Program-made: the position numbers and the translations under genes
Part shown: positions 47,636-57,152 of the stretch, in pieces
How the letters are laid out: each line of letters begins with the position of its first letter
Position numbering within the stretch: position 1 is the first letter of the stretch
IMG/VR virus record: IMGVR_UViG_3300028569_002586
Span: 32,001-96,000 of that record
Origin: a virus
Length of the DNA stretch: 64,000 bases
Direction: 5' to 3' (one strand)
The notes under the pieces: model-generated
The model's input: only the letters and a program-made list of their open reading frames with translations
Told to the model about the DNA's origin: nothing
The model's database searches: none

Positions 47636-48318
47636 GCAGTGTAGAATGGTGAATTGGGTTTAAAGGTTCCAACAGAGGTTAGACCTTCAACAGTTTGAAG
47701 GTACAGTATCCCCTCTTGCAGAGGATTAAATCCTGCTTGCGGCAAAGAAGAAAAGTCATTAGTTATAAAATGTGCATATAGTGTGCTGCCTGATCTTGCA
47801 AGATACACGTGCCCTGTTTTGGAAGAATATATCCAGAGTCCAAATGTACCTTTGAGCTCAGTAAGAGCTTTGCAAATGCAGTCCACTTCTTTTTTTGAAA
47901 CAGCACAATAAGAAGTGATAAGTGCTGGTATGGCAGATGAATCAACTTGGTTGATGGACTTATATTTTTTAAGCTTTCTCTTGAGTTCTGGGAAGTTGGA
48001 CAAAACACCATTGTGAGCAACATACCAGTTTAGATTGCTAAAAGGGTGAGTTGTCTTGTGAGTGTATTCTCTTATTGCTGATGTGGGTGCTTGTGTATGG
48101 CCCAAGTAATTTTGGAAGGAACTGAGTGGTTTGGTTTTTTTCCCTTGAATCTCTAATTCAAGATTACCTTTGAACCCAAACGTACCTTTTGTTTTAATAA
48201 GAGCATGTAACTTGTTATCAATAAACAGCCCTCCATATGAAAAACTGCCCCTTTTTTTATTTTTATTGTAAAGAGCAACGTATCGTTTGTAATCTGTTGA
48301 ACCAAATATACCACACAT
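47632..48318 (-). CDS. Class II (Ntn) glutamine amidotransferase, stand-alone
   Basis: MCGIFG N-terminal nucleophile, GHTQAPT, HPF, VAHNGVLSN, VDS. Confidence 0.88.
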   Translation of the reverse strand: MCGIFGSTDYKRYVALYNKNKKRGSFSYGGLFIDNKLHALIKTKGTFGFKGNLELEIQGKKTKPLSSFQNYLGHTQAPTSAIREYTHKTTHPFSNLNWYVAHNGVLSNFPELKRKLKKYKSINQVDSSAIPALITSYCAVSKKEVDCICKALTELKGTFGLWIYSSKTGHVYLARSGSTLYAHFITNDFSSLPQAGFNPLQEGILYLQTVEGLTSVGTFKPNSPFYTA

Positions 48319-48324
48319 TCATAT

Positions 48325-48353
48325 ATTATAGTCTCAAAGCATAAGTATTTCAA
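48325..48353 (-). promoter_or_regulatory. sigma70-type promoter TTGAAA-17-TATAAT, 6 nt before GATase ATG; contains the + strand late box TAAGTA (48342-48347) in its spacer
   Basis: Near-perfect consensus. Confidence 0.75.
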
Positions 48354-48354
48354 G

Positions 48355-49230
48355 ATGAATAACGACACAAAGTTAATATTTGAAGCATATGTGGCAAAGA
48401 AGAAGATGCTGAATGAAGCACCTCCTTCATATGCAGTGGGTGACTTGAATATATCAGATGATAAATTGAAGGCAGCGCCAGGAGGCGGTTACGGTCTTAA
48501 GAAAGCAGCTGCAAAAACTGGCAAATCTATGAAAGATGTTACTGATGCTCTAGTCAAGAAAATTCAATCTACCCTTTTTAAGTCAGAAGAGCATAGAGTT
48601 GATGGGATTGAGTACAATCTCTACTACCCTGGCAACGAAATGAAATTAAGAAGCGATTTACAAAATCTGGTGCAAAGTGAATTGGGCCTGGGCAAGACAG
48701 ATGCAGGCTATACAGCCAGAATTATAAAAAATCTGCTCAACATAGTTGTTAAGGATGAAGTGACAGGTGGTGTAGCCACAAGACAAGATAGAGTAGCTGC
48801 AGCTGTAAAAAATGCAGCTGCCACGCCTGCTAAGATGGAAACAGTTTATGAAATTGAGAAAAGTGTAAAAATTGGTGATAAAAATATGAGAGCTCTTGTT
48901 TTAAGTTTGCCTGATGAAGATGTTCCAGAAAGAGAAATTCTTGGTGTACTAAAAACTGCCATAACAGAGTATAATGACAAGCCTGGGCTTGAAAAACAGG
49001 ATATTATTAAAGTAAGACCTTTGGAGCTTGTTGACAGATTAACTGAGCTGGGCATATTAAAGACAAAGCAGATTGAGCAAGCTCCTAAAGAAGGTGAAGG
49101 CACTGGTGAGGTTGCTACACCTGATGATGGATACCCAGAAGGCGATGATGCAAGTTCAGAGCTTAGATCTATAGGAGCAGTCGGTAGAGGTATGGGATAT
49201 GATCCAGGTAGCTTCAGCTACGGTAACTAA
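48355..49230 (+). CDS. Hypothetical late protein with capsid-targeting-like N-terminus (MNNDTKLIFEAY...MLNEA)
   Basis: Late box 7 nt upstream; N-terminus similar to the 63572 gene. Confidence 0.6.
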   Translation: MNNDTKLIFEAYVAKKKMLNEAPPSYAVGDLNISDDKLKAAPGGGYGLKKAAAKTGKSMKDVTDALVKKIQSTLFKSEEHRVDGIEYNLYYPGNEMKLRSDLQNLVQSELGLGKTDAGYTARIIKNLLNIVVKDEVTGGVATRQDRVAAAVKNAAATPAKMETVYEIEKSVKIGDKNMRALVLSLPDEDVPEREILGVLKTAITEYNDKPGLEKQDIIKVRPLELVDRLTELGILKTKQIEQAPKEGEGTGEVATPDDGYPEGDDASSELRSIGAVGRGMGYDPGSFSYGN

Positions 49231-49960
49231 TCGGTTTGCACTTGTATTTTTCCCAAGGAATAGAAGTTTTATATGAAATAGGGTCTATGTATCCTGCATC
49301 TAGAAATCCTTTGATGCGTAATGAGCAAGCTGTGCATTCACCACAAGCCTGTTCTTCTCCCTCATAACAGGTCCAAGTCTTACTAAAATCAACACCTAGC
49401 TTCACACCAAGTTTTATGATTTGTTCTTTGGATTTATCAATTAATGGTGCTTGTACTGTAATTTTATTTCTTCTGTTAAGAGCAGAAACTTTGTTAATTT
49501 GCTCCAGAAATTCTTCACTGCCATCCCAGAACCCTGCAACACTGTCGGCTTGTGCAGCACCATGAAAAACAGTGCTAGCCCCAGCATTCTCTGCTATTGC
49601 CAGTGATATGCTGAGCAGCATTAAGTTTCTGTAGGGAACATAATTTACTGTCTGTGGATCGCCCATCACATCTTTAGCCTTGGCTACAGCAATTTTGGTA
49701 TTGAGTAGTGATGATACCTCACAAATATCCTTAAAAAATGGTAAATCTATCCATTTGTATTCCACTGGAGTATCTGTGGATTCAACTTGGAATGCAGCAC
49801 AGTTTAACTCTTTGTCCTTGTGCTTCTGACCATAATTGTAACTGATTGCTATGACCTCATCATAGCGGCTTGCTGCTAAATGCAACAGTACAGAGCTATC
49901 CATGCCCCCTGAAATGGGCACTACTGCTTTACTGGATGGGTTCTTCTGTTTGCGCTTCAT
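49214..49960 (-). CDS. queC: 7-cyano-7-deazaguanine synthase QueC
   Basis: SGGMDS PP-loop, YGQKH..E, YVPYRNL, TWTCY...CGECTAC zinc site. Confidence 0.92.
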   Translation of the reverse strand: MKRKQKNPSSKAVVPISGGMDSSVLLHLAASRYDEVIAISYNYGQKHKDKELNCAAFQVESTDTPVEYKWIDLPFFKDICEVSSLLNTKIAVAKAKDVMGDPQTVNYVPYRNLMLLSISLAIAENAGASTVFHGAAQADSVAGFWDGSEEFLEQINKVSALNRRNKITVQAPLIDKSKEQIIKLGVKLGVDFSKTWTCYEGEEQACGECTACSLRIKGFLDAGYIDPISYKTSIPWEKYKCKPISYRS

Positions 49961-51044
49961 TGGAGTTGTACTGGTAATCTAGCACAAGACGTTTGTCCAA
50001 TTCAGGTATAATAAATTCTTCATAAAACAAGGGATCCTTAGCAAAGGTCTTGGCATAACCAAGCTTGTCACCTTTTTTGTACTTGCCTGATGTGATACCC
50101 ACAGAATATGTGGCACCAGCTTGTTCCACAATACCACGGGCGGCTGCCATGGCCAGTAGTCCGCTGTATTTGTTCAAGCCTGTCTTGAAGGACAAGTACA
50201 TTTCTGCTTCAAGAAATGGTGGTATGAACCGATTCTTCACAGTCAGAGCTCGCAGAGTGGTGCCAGAGTATTTGTTGGCTTCAGCAATCTTCTTGTCATC
50301 TGCATCCATGGAATCACCTTCACCTTCCTTTTCATTGCGCTTGGCCAATTGCACCAAAATACTGGACATGTATACTGGACCTGATCCACCTGCCTGACTT
50401 TTCACCAATGTGGGGTACATGGAGCCTGGGTCTTCATATGTATGGTTGGTGAACAGAATGGTTACACCTGCTTTGGCGGCTTTAAATGTGAGAGTACGGA
50501 ACAAACTCTTGAGTGACTTGGCACGCAAACCCATGTCTGTGGCAGACTTGTCCTTGATGATGTCATCCAGCTCTTTCTGAGAGGCCAGATTGCCCAAACT
50601 GTCAATGCTGATGATAAACTTGCCCTTGGCATTGTTTTCAATAACACTGTCCAGGAATGCAGCAATTTGATTTCTGCATTGATCAATGGTATCCACAGGC
50701 ACATATTTGGTATTTTCTGCATCCAGTCCTACACCTTTGGTGCTGTTCTCATCAATGGCTATTTCAGTATCAAATATGACTGGAGTCAATCCTCTTTTTT
50801 GTGCACTGGCCAGGATCTTGTTCACAATGAATGTCTTGCCAGTCTGGCTGGGACCAGAGAATCCTATGATTCTGCCCTTGGGTACACCACCATTGCGACA
50901 GCTGCCACCCAAAATGGCATTGAGGGCATAACAACCTGTGTCAAACCATTCATCCACTTTGCTGAGTGCATTTTCATTTAACATGGAAGCTTCACTGTTG
51001 AGTTTGTCCAGTGACGCAAATACTTGTTTAAGATCTTTATTCAT
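49929..51044 (-). CDS. uvsX: RecA-like recombinase (UvsX)
   Basis: DTG.YALN, GPSQTGKT, IDSLGNL, NHTY, KNRF. Confidence 0.92.
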   Translation of the reverse strand: MNKDLKQVFASLDKLNSEASMLNENALSKVDEWFDTGCYALNAILGGSCRNGGVPKGRIIGFSGPSQTGKTFIVNKILASAQKRGLTPVIFDTEIAIDENSTKGVGLDAENTKYVPVDTIDQCRNQIAAFLDSVIENNAKGKFIISIDSLGNLASQKELDDIIKDKSATDMGLRAKSLKSLFRTLTFKAAKAGVTILFTNHTYEDPGSMYPTLVKSQAGGSGPVYMSSILVQLAKRNEKEGEGDSMDADDKKIAEANKYSGTTLRALTVKNRFIPPFLEAEMYLSFKTGLNKYSGLLAMAAARGIVEQAGATYSVGITSGKYKKGDKLGYAKTFAKDPLFYEEFIIPELDKRLVLDYQYNSNEAQTEEPIQ

Positions 51045-51050
51045 AGATCC

Positions 51051-51078
51051 AGTATATATGAAATGTTTTTAAAAACAA
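51051..51078 (-). promoter_or_regulatory. sigma70-type promoter TTGTTT-16-TATACT, 6 nt before uvsX ATG
   Basis: Motifs and spacing. Confidence 0.6.
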
Positions 51079-51085
51079 GTAAAAA

Positions 51086-51448
51086 TTACTCGTCAAACAG
51101 TTTGATTACTTTTTCAGGGCTACTGGCAACTGCAGCTGCTGGCTGAGCGCTAAAAAGCCTGGTGTACTGCTCCAAGAGCCTGGGATCATTCTCAACGTCC
51201 ACAGCTTCAACAATGGAGCTCTTATTGAAAGCCCATGTAGTGCCATTTTCCCGGTTCTTCTCAGAGATAAACTCCTTGAAGTAAAGAGGGATAGTCTGAA
51301 CATTGAGCTGTCCTTGCTGTGTGGGTTGCACATGGAGGATGGCTGGGTTTTTAACCGTAAGTTTATCTTTAGTGCTGCTAATCTCCTCAGCAATAATGGT
51401 ACGGCCAATGTGATCAATGAAGGTTACTAGGTTTGTTTTGTCGCTCAT
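51086..51448 (-). CDS. Small conserved protein, possibly Sm-like fold
   Basis: G..IIAE.....LTVKNPAIL...P.Y...L.EQY..LF resembles the Sm-like small proteins of T4-like phages. Confidence 0.45.
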   Translation of the reverse strand: MSDKTNLVTFIDHIGRTIIAEEISSTKDKLTVKNPAILHVQPTQQGQLNVQTIPLYFKEFISEKNRENGTTWAFNKSSIVEAVDVENDPRLLEQYTRLFSAQPAAAVASSPEKVIKLFDE

Positions 51449-51454
51449 AAAGTA

Positions 51455-51483
51455 ATATTAACTTAACAATGATAAAAAATCAA
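51455..51483 (-). promoter_or_regulatory. sigma70-type promoter TTGATT-17-TAATAT, 6 nt before ATG 51448
   Basis: Motifs and spacing. Confidence 0.6.
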
Positions 51484-51486
51484 CTA

Positions 51487-54072
51487 CTAAACACTAAGAA
51501 GTTCAAATAAATCTGTTTGAACTTGTGTGCCTGGCGCTTTTAGCTTCCAATTAACTGATTCATAAAATCTCTCAATCACAGAGTAAATGATCTTCTCGAA
51601 CATCTTTTCATGATCAGGCTCAAAGATTTTCACAAATTCCTTTGGATAATAGTACTTGAACCCAATTACTGATATGCCATATCTGTTTGGTTGTTTCACA
51701 TAGAAGTAACGCACTTTGTCCCCAGATGATAGTTTCTCATATTTTCTATCTATACCAAACTTTTCCACTAACACGTTATGATAGTAGGCTGCTTTAACAT
51801 GAATAGGCATGTGTTTTGCAACATTAAAACCATCACATAAGCCTTCATATTTTTCATATCCTTTGACACCCATAACAAATGCTATATCTTCCAAACTCAA
51901 TCCTTTGAATATGTCGTATGTTTCATTAAAAATTTTATTGGTTTCTGTTTGGCTCTTAGTTGTGAGCATGGTTTCAATAATGCCTTTGACATAAGGTTTG
52001 ATGGGGGCAGGCATTGTGGTACGAACAACCTCGACACCTGTATATTTGAACTTGTCTGTGGGGATGCCTTCTTCATCAAGAATATGCAAAACATATCTTT
52101 TTTTCTGCAGGAAGAGACCGGTATCAGCAATTACCTCTCTCTTAAAATTCAATCTGCAATCTGCAGAATTAAGAGCAGTTGTTCCCCATTTCATAATCTC
52201 AGTATTTAAATAGCTTTCAATGTCTAGTACGATCTTATAATATTCGTCAGAGATTTTTCCTTCTTTATTAAACATCTTGATTTTTAAATTATCAACAAGG
52301 TGCTTGATAGAGATGTAGCTTGAGTCAGTATCATTGTATATGATTGGTGTGTATTGCTCGAGCTCTTTGTCTGTCAGTGAGGTCTTGCTTTTAATGTAAT
52401 CTATTAAGAGTTTGTTTGATTGCTTGATGACAGCTTGTCCTGTGAGAGTGATTGACTCTGCTAGTTCGTCGTCACCAAGAGGGCTGTGTTTGTTGCCAAA
52501 GTAACCGTAGATCGTATTGATTAAAATCTTGATGGTGTGTTGCTGAATATTAAGATTGTCTACTTGATGCTTGAGCTTAGGGTATTCAGGATCTGTTTTC
52601 TTGAGGTGAGAGAGCTTGCGTTTTGACGTTTGATGCTGCTTTTTGAGCGCTACTCTCTTTGCATAATACCAGTCCACAGTTTCAGGTATAATTCCCCTCT
52701 CTTTCTGAGAAAATAAAACCTTGGCCTTGGATATTGCTAGTTTTTCTTTTTGTACAAACTTTGCAAAATTAGGCTTTGAGAGTTTATATGTCTGACCGTT
52801 AACATGTTTAAGTGTTATTTCATCATCAGTTTTATCAATAATAGTTGCAACTTTTGTCTCTGGTGAAAGATTCAATGTGATCATTACGTTTGGATACAGA
52901 CTATTTGCATCAAAAGATACTATGTGCTCTTGAAAGCCTTTTACTGGCTCACCAACATACGCACCAGCATTTTGTTCATCGCTTTCTTTGCCTTTTTTAA
53001 ATGTAGGAATTCTTCTGTCTCTATACCTTGCGCGGATAACACACAGACCAGTAATTACTGATAGTGATCCAAGTGCGCCTTCAAACGTAGTTAAGCCAGC
53101 ATAAGCTATCATTCTTAACAATTCAAGATATTGTAACTTTTCCTCTAGGCGTAACAAAAGGTTAACGTCTTGAATGTTGTAATCAACAAATAATTCCCAA
53201 TTATCATCAGCCAAACTAGCCAAGTTTGTGTCACCATAATCAATCTTATTTTCACCCAACTCTGTCTGGCCAATTGCATCTAGTTTGTATGATTCTCTGA
53301 GCACAGGACAGAAGCGTTTGTATATATCTAGATAATCGACACATGAGATGCCTTCAATATGCCAGTGCACCTGCTCTCTGCCAAACTTACCAGTAAATAC
53401 AATGGGGCGTATGTATCTCACAGGAGAAAGCCTTCTTGTGTTATCTTCACCCAGTATCTTTGTTATTCTATTGACAATGTAAGGCAGATCAAAGAACTCA
53501 GAATTCCAACCAGAAAGAATGTCAGGGTAATCAGATTCAAAAAAAGTAATAAACTTCTCTAAAAGCTCTCTCTCGGTCTTGCAATGATAATAAACACAAT
53601 TCTCTTTCTTTTTTGCATATGGCTTGAGTCCAAAAGTTGTAAATTTTTTCCTGAGTGTATCATAGACAGTTATGATATTGATTGGGTGTTCAGGATTGGA
53701 AGGTACAGGAAAGGTGTCAGGACTATAGGTCTCAATATCAATAAAGAATACCTTGAGTGGATGCTTGTTAAAATCTTCACTTTCATTAGTCTTCCAGAAA
53801 GTATCAATTAAGAATTGCTGCTGCACATTAAGATTCTCAAATACCCTGGTGATACTATTATCCTTAAGGTAGCGTGATCTTTCAGCTTGGTTTTTGAATT
53901 TTTTCTTTTTGAGCTTAGTATTAAAGATGCTTAGAACATCACTCTCATAGTTGGTTTCTAGAAATATGTATGGTTCAAAGGTGGTATCATAGGCAATGCG
54001 GTTGCCGTTTTCATCCCAGGTAAATAAACGTATTACCTGATCTCTAGGAATATAAGCTACATTTCTAAACAC
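51487..54072 (-). CDS. gp43: Family B DNA polymerase (gp43)
   Basis: DIET exonuclease, GWNSEFFD, YNIQDV, SFDANSLYP, KILINTIYG, YNDTDS, KKRY. Confidence 0.97.
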   Translation of the reverse strand: MFRNVAYIPRDQVIRLFTWDENGNRIAYDTTFEPYIFLETNYESDVLSIFNTKLKKKKFKNQAERSRYLKDNSITRVFENLNVQQQFLIDTFWKTNESEDFNKHPLKVFFIDIETYSPDTFPVPSNPEHPINIITVYDTLRKKFTTFGLKPYAKKKENCVYYHCKTERELLEKFITFFESDYPDILSGWNSEFFDLPYIVNRITKILGEDNTRRLSPVRYIRPIVFTGKFGREQVHWHIEGISCVDYLDIYKRFCPVLRESYKLDAIGQTELGENKIDYGDTNLASLADDNWELFVDYNIQDVNLLLRLEEKLQYLELLRMIAYAGLTTFEGALGSLSVITGLCVIRARYRDRRIPTFKKGKESDEQNAGAYVGEPVKGFQEHIVSFDANSLYPNVMITLNLSPETKVATIIDKTDDEITLKHVNGQTYKLSKPNFAKFVQKEKLAISKAKVLFSQKERGIIPETVDWYYAKRVALKKQHQTSKRKLSHLKKTDPEYPKLKHQVDNLNIQQHTIKILINTIYGYFGNKHSPLGDDELAESITLTGQAVIKQSNKLLIDYIKSKTSLTDKELEQYTPIIYNDTDSSYISIKHLVDNLKIKMFNKEGKISDEYYKIVLDIESYLNTEIMKWGTTALNSADCRLNFKREVIADTGLFLQKKRYVLHILDEEGIPTDKFKYTGVEVVRTTMPAPIKPYVKGIIETMLTTKSQTETNKIFNETYDIFKGLSLEDIAFVMGVKGYEKYEGLCDGFNVAKHMPIHVKAAYYHNVLVEKFGIDRKYEKLSSGDKVRYFYVKQPNRYGISVIGFKYYYPKEFVKIFEPDHEKMFEKIIYSVIERFYESVNWKLKAPGTQVQTDLFELLSV

Positions 54073-54078
54073 TTTATA

Positions 54079-54106
54079 ATAATAAAGGAAATTTTAAAAA
54101 TATCAA
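54079..54106 (-). promoter_or_regulatory. sigma70-type promoter TTGATA-16-TATTAT, 6 nt before gp43 GTG
   Basis: Motifs and spacing. Confidence 0.65.
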
Positions 54107-55320
54107 TATGTATTGATGCTATTCAAATATTTTCTCTCTGAGGCACCAACACCAAAGTTATATAGCTCGTAGTACTTAGATATATTTTCTTCATTCTCTA
54201 AAAATCTTGATTCTGCAACTTTTCTGGCTTTTGAGCAAATATTCATGTACCTGCCTTTTTTGGACAATGTCTCCTCTATTTGTGCAATCATCTCATCTCC
54301 GGTTTTGAATTTAATAGGTGCTTCAGAATACGTTACCAGATCCTGACATGCAATAGGAAGGCCATAGCAAGAAGCTTCAATATACTTGAGATCACTCTTA
54401 GCCTTATTGAAGGTGTTGTCTTGCAGGGGTGCAACCATCATATTGATGTTTAGTTTAGCAATTTTTTCAGGATACCTATACAATGTTTCCCAGGGATGAA
54501 ATTCGAGCTTACCGGCTTTGACATAGGGGTGTAAAGGCAGGGGAAATGCTCCAAGAAATACCCACTGAAACTTGTCGTGAGTCTTGGCAATTATTTCACA
54601 TACATGGGCAAAATCATCCTGCTGCCCCACTCTATTTTCCACATCAAAATGAGCGCCAGAACCTGCATAAAGAATTCTTGGCTTCTTTGCATATAAATCA
54701 TAATTCTCTGAAATTTTCTTTTCGTTATAAAAATTACCCATCCACCATTTGGGTGGGTAATTGGGTATAATCGTTACGTTTTGGTTTTTTGTCTTTTCTT
54801 TATAATAGTCGCGCATGAATTCACATGTAACAGTAACTTCATCGCAAAGCTCCATAATTTCTTGACAATTCTTACGTATTGAAGGATCAGTAAATGCAGG
54901 TTTAAACTTATTATACTCAGGGATATCTTCACTAAAAACAAGATCGTCGATTTCATATATGATTTTAAATCCTGCTTGTTTGGATATTTCTTTCAAACGC
55001 TTGACAAACTGCAATTGATGACTGGTGGCTTGTCTCTGAATGCGGACAGCTTTTACACCTCTGTAATAATTTGGATCAAGAACCATCACAGTGCTGCCAT
55101 GAACAATCATCTTTTGATGTGCATTGAGAAGATGTTCTGGCCAAATCATTCTCCAAAATCCACATCCACTGTAATCAGCATAGTAGTTAAGAGCTCTGGT
55201 TAGTGAAAGTTCTGGTGGTTGAGGAAGTGCTGGTTGTGCATTCTGTGCAGGCATAAAGCCAGGATGGGGCTGTACAAAAGGTGAAACATATGGCGAAGTG
55301 AAAGGTGAAGGTACAATCAT
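54103..55320 (-). CDS. GT-B fold glycosyltransferase (GT1/GT4-like)
   Basis: GCGFWR..WP, YEIDD, IIPN, APL.DN.FN.AKS.LKYIEA. Confidence 0.82.
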   Translation of the reverse strand: MIVPSPFTSPYVSPFVQPHPGFMPAQNAQPALPQPPELSLTRALNYYADYSGCGFWRMIWPEHLLNAHQKMIVHGSTVMVLDPNYYRGVKAVRIQRQATSHQLQFVKRLKEISKQAGFKIIYEIDDLVFSEDIPEYNKFKPAFTDPSIRKNCQEIMELCDEVTVTCEFMRDYYKEKTKNQNVTIIPNYPPKWWMGNFYNEKKISENYDLYAKKPRILYAGSGAHFDVENRVGQQDDFAHVCEIIAKTHDKFQWVFLGAFPLPLHPYVKAGKLEFHPWETLYRYPEKIAKLNINMMVAPLQDNTFNKAKSDLKYIEASCYGLPIACQDLVTYSEAPIKFKTGDEMIAQIEETLSKKGRYMNICSKARKVAESRFLENEENISKYYELYNFGVGASERKYLNSINTY

Positions 55321-55337
55321 GTAATAGTTATTTTATT

Positions 55338-57152
55338 CTATTCACGGTGATATTCAACATAATCAACTTTTCTTGTGATGCCATTATTTTTCTCTAAGAA
55401 GATGATTTCACCAGTAGCTGCCTTGATGCTTTCTTTTCTATGACTTATAACCATTGCACACTCTTTATACTTTTCCACACGTTCCTTAAGAATATTGATA
55501 ACTAATTCTACTCCCTTTTCATCTAAACTAGAATCAAAAAGTTCATCATAAATACTGAAGTTAAAGGAAACATCACCTTGCAATCTTCTGATGTCCATGA
55601 AGGTGAACAAACAGGCCAGATCTATATTCTTTCTCTCGGCACCGCTAAAGTTAAAGTAGGAACATTCTTTGCCTTTATCATCCAGAATGTTTTCTTCAAA
55701 ATATTCATTAAAGACACATATGCAATTGGCATCCATCTTCTTGAGATAATATGCGAGTTTAGTATTGAAGATCTGCAATATTTTTTTGACAATATATGAC
55801 TTCACACCTTCTTCAGACATAACAAACTTGACAGCTTCAAGTTTTCTGAGATCTTTTTTAATACTTTCAATTTCTTCAGAAAGATTTTTTATCTTATCTT
55901 CTTGCTCTACTATAAGTCCATCAAACTGATTGTTACTCACCTCAAGTTCTTTCAGATCAACCTCAAGCTCTTTCTGCCATTTGTTGAGTTGCGTAATCCT
56001 TTCTTTTGTATTCTCAAGACCTTTAACTTGTATTCTATATTCTTGAATTTTATTTTTTAGTACATCTATGCCTTTAACAATCTTTAATTCAAGATCAGCA
56101 TACTCTTCTTCTTTGTCTTGTGACTCTTTAATTTGTTTATTAAACTCTGTTACTTCAGTTTTAATTTTTTGCTTTTCTTCTTTTATATGAGATTTATCCT
56201 TATCACCAAGAGCGCGTAAGCAGGTAGGGCAATTATCTTTATCTGTACCGATAAGCTTGTAGGTTTTTTCTTTTATATCAATCTGTGTTTTGAGAGAAGA
56301 GACTGTATCACGTACAACTTTAATATCATTATCAATTTTACCAGATTTAGCTTCAAGTGTCTTGATATCTTTTTCTATTTTTGAAACATCAAGCTCTATA
56401 GAGCTGTCAAGCTTTTCATTAAGTACAACAAGTTCTTTGGTATTATTATTTCTTCTTGTCTCATATTTTTTTTGCTTTGCAACTCTCTCAAGCTTAAAAT
56501 TTTCAGCTTGTTTCTGGAGATTGGTTAGCATTTTTGAAGCTTCATCGTACTTTGCAGACAGCACATCAAATGACTTCTTCTGTTCACTGATATCATTCTT
56601 TACATCAGTATTCATATTACTAAACACCGAGAGGTTGAATATGTCTTCAATAAACTTCCTCTTTTCATGCTTTTTCTTAGCCATGAAAGGCACAGTATTA
56701 TTAAGTGTCATTATTACACAATTCTGAAATATCTCAGGAGTACACTGAAAGAGTGTCATGATATACTCATTTGTATTGGAGATACTGTCACGGGTCTTAT
56801 CATCACCATTAACAAAGATATAACACTTTGAGGGGTCTATGGTGCGTATAATTTGAATTTTATCAACTTTATTATATCCTGACACTTCAGCTTCTAAAAC
56901 AACTTCGCATGTCTTTTTATTGATATTGTTGATGATAAAATCTTTTTTGAGATCTCTAAGAGTTTCGCCGAATACAGCAAAGTAAATTGCATCAGCTATT
57001 GTGGATTTTCCAACACCGTTTCTGCGGTCATCTTTATCCTTATTAATACCTGTTATGACATGAAGGCCTGGTTTGAAGTCAACAACCACAGGTGCACTAC
57101 CTACAGAAAGAAAGTTCTTAATTGATATATTTTTAAAGCTAATTTTTTTCAT
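55338..57152 (-). CDS. gp46: Recombination endonuclease ATPase subunit (gp46, SbcC/Rad50-like)
   Basis: KNFLSVG, NGVGKST, coiled coil with CPTC hook, FSGAE, DELFDSSLD, ISH. Confidence 0.95.
   Translation of the reverse strand: MKKISFKNISIKNFLSVGSAPVVVDFKPGLHVITGINKDKDDRRNGVGKSTIADAIYFAVFGETLRDLKKDFIINNINKKTCEVVLEAEVSGYNKVDKIQIIRTIDPSKCYIFVNGDDKTRDSISNTNEYIMTLFQCTPEIFQNCVIMTLNNTVPFMAKKKHEKRKFIEDIFNLSVFSNMNTDVKNDISEQKKSFDVLSAKYDEASKMLTNLQKQAENFKLERVAKQKKYETRRNNNTKELVVLNEKLDSSIELDVSKIEKDIKTLEAKSGKIDNDIKVVRDTVSSLKTQIDIKEKTYKLIGTDKDNCPTCLRALGDKDKSHIKEEKQKIKTEVTEFNKQIKESQDKEEEYADLELKIVKGIDVLKNKIQEYRIQVKGLENTKERITQLNKWQKELEVDLKELEVSNNQFDGLIVEQEDKIKNLSEEIESIKKDLRKLEAVKFVMSEEGVKSYIVKKILQIFNTKLAYYLKKMDANCICVFNEYFEENILDDKGKECSYFNFSGAERKNIDLACLFTFMDIRRLQGDVSFNFSIYDELFDSSLDEKGVELVINILKERVEKYKECAMVISHRKESIKAATGEIIFLEKNNGITRKVDYVEYHRE

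Noticed and set aside
49214-49960. QueC as part of a QatABCD or type IV CBASS defence system
   Set aside because: No QatA/B/D, cyclase or effector neighbours; the sequence resembles canonical QueC and sits in the replication operon
33102-54072. Introns or inteins in terminase, helicase, UvsX or polymerase
   Set aside because: Lengths are typical and motifs are contiguous
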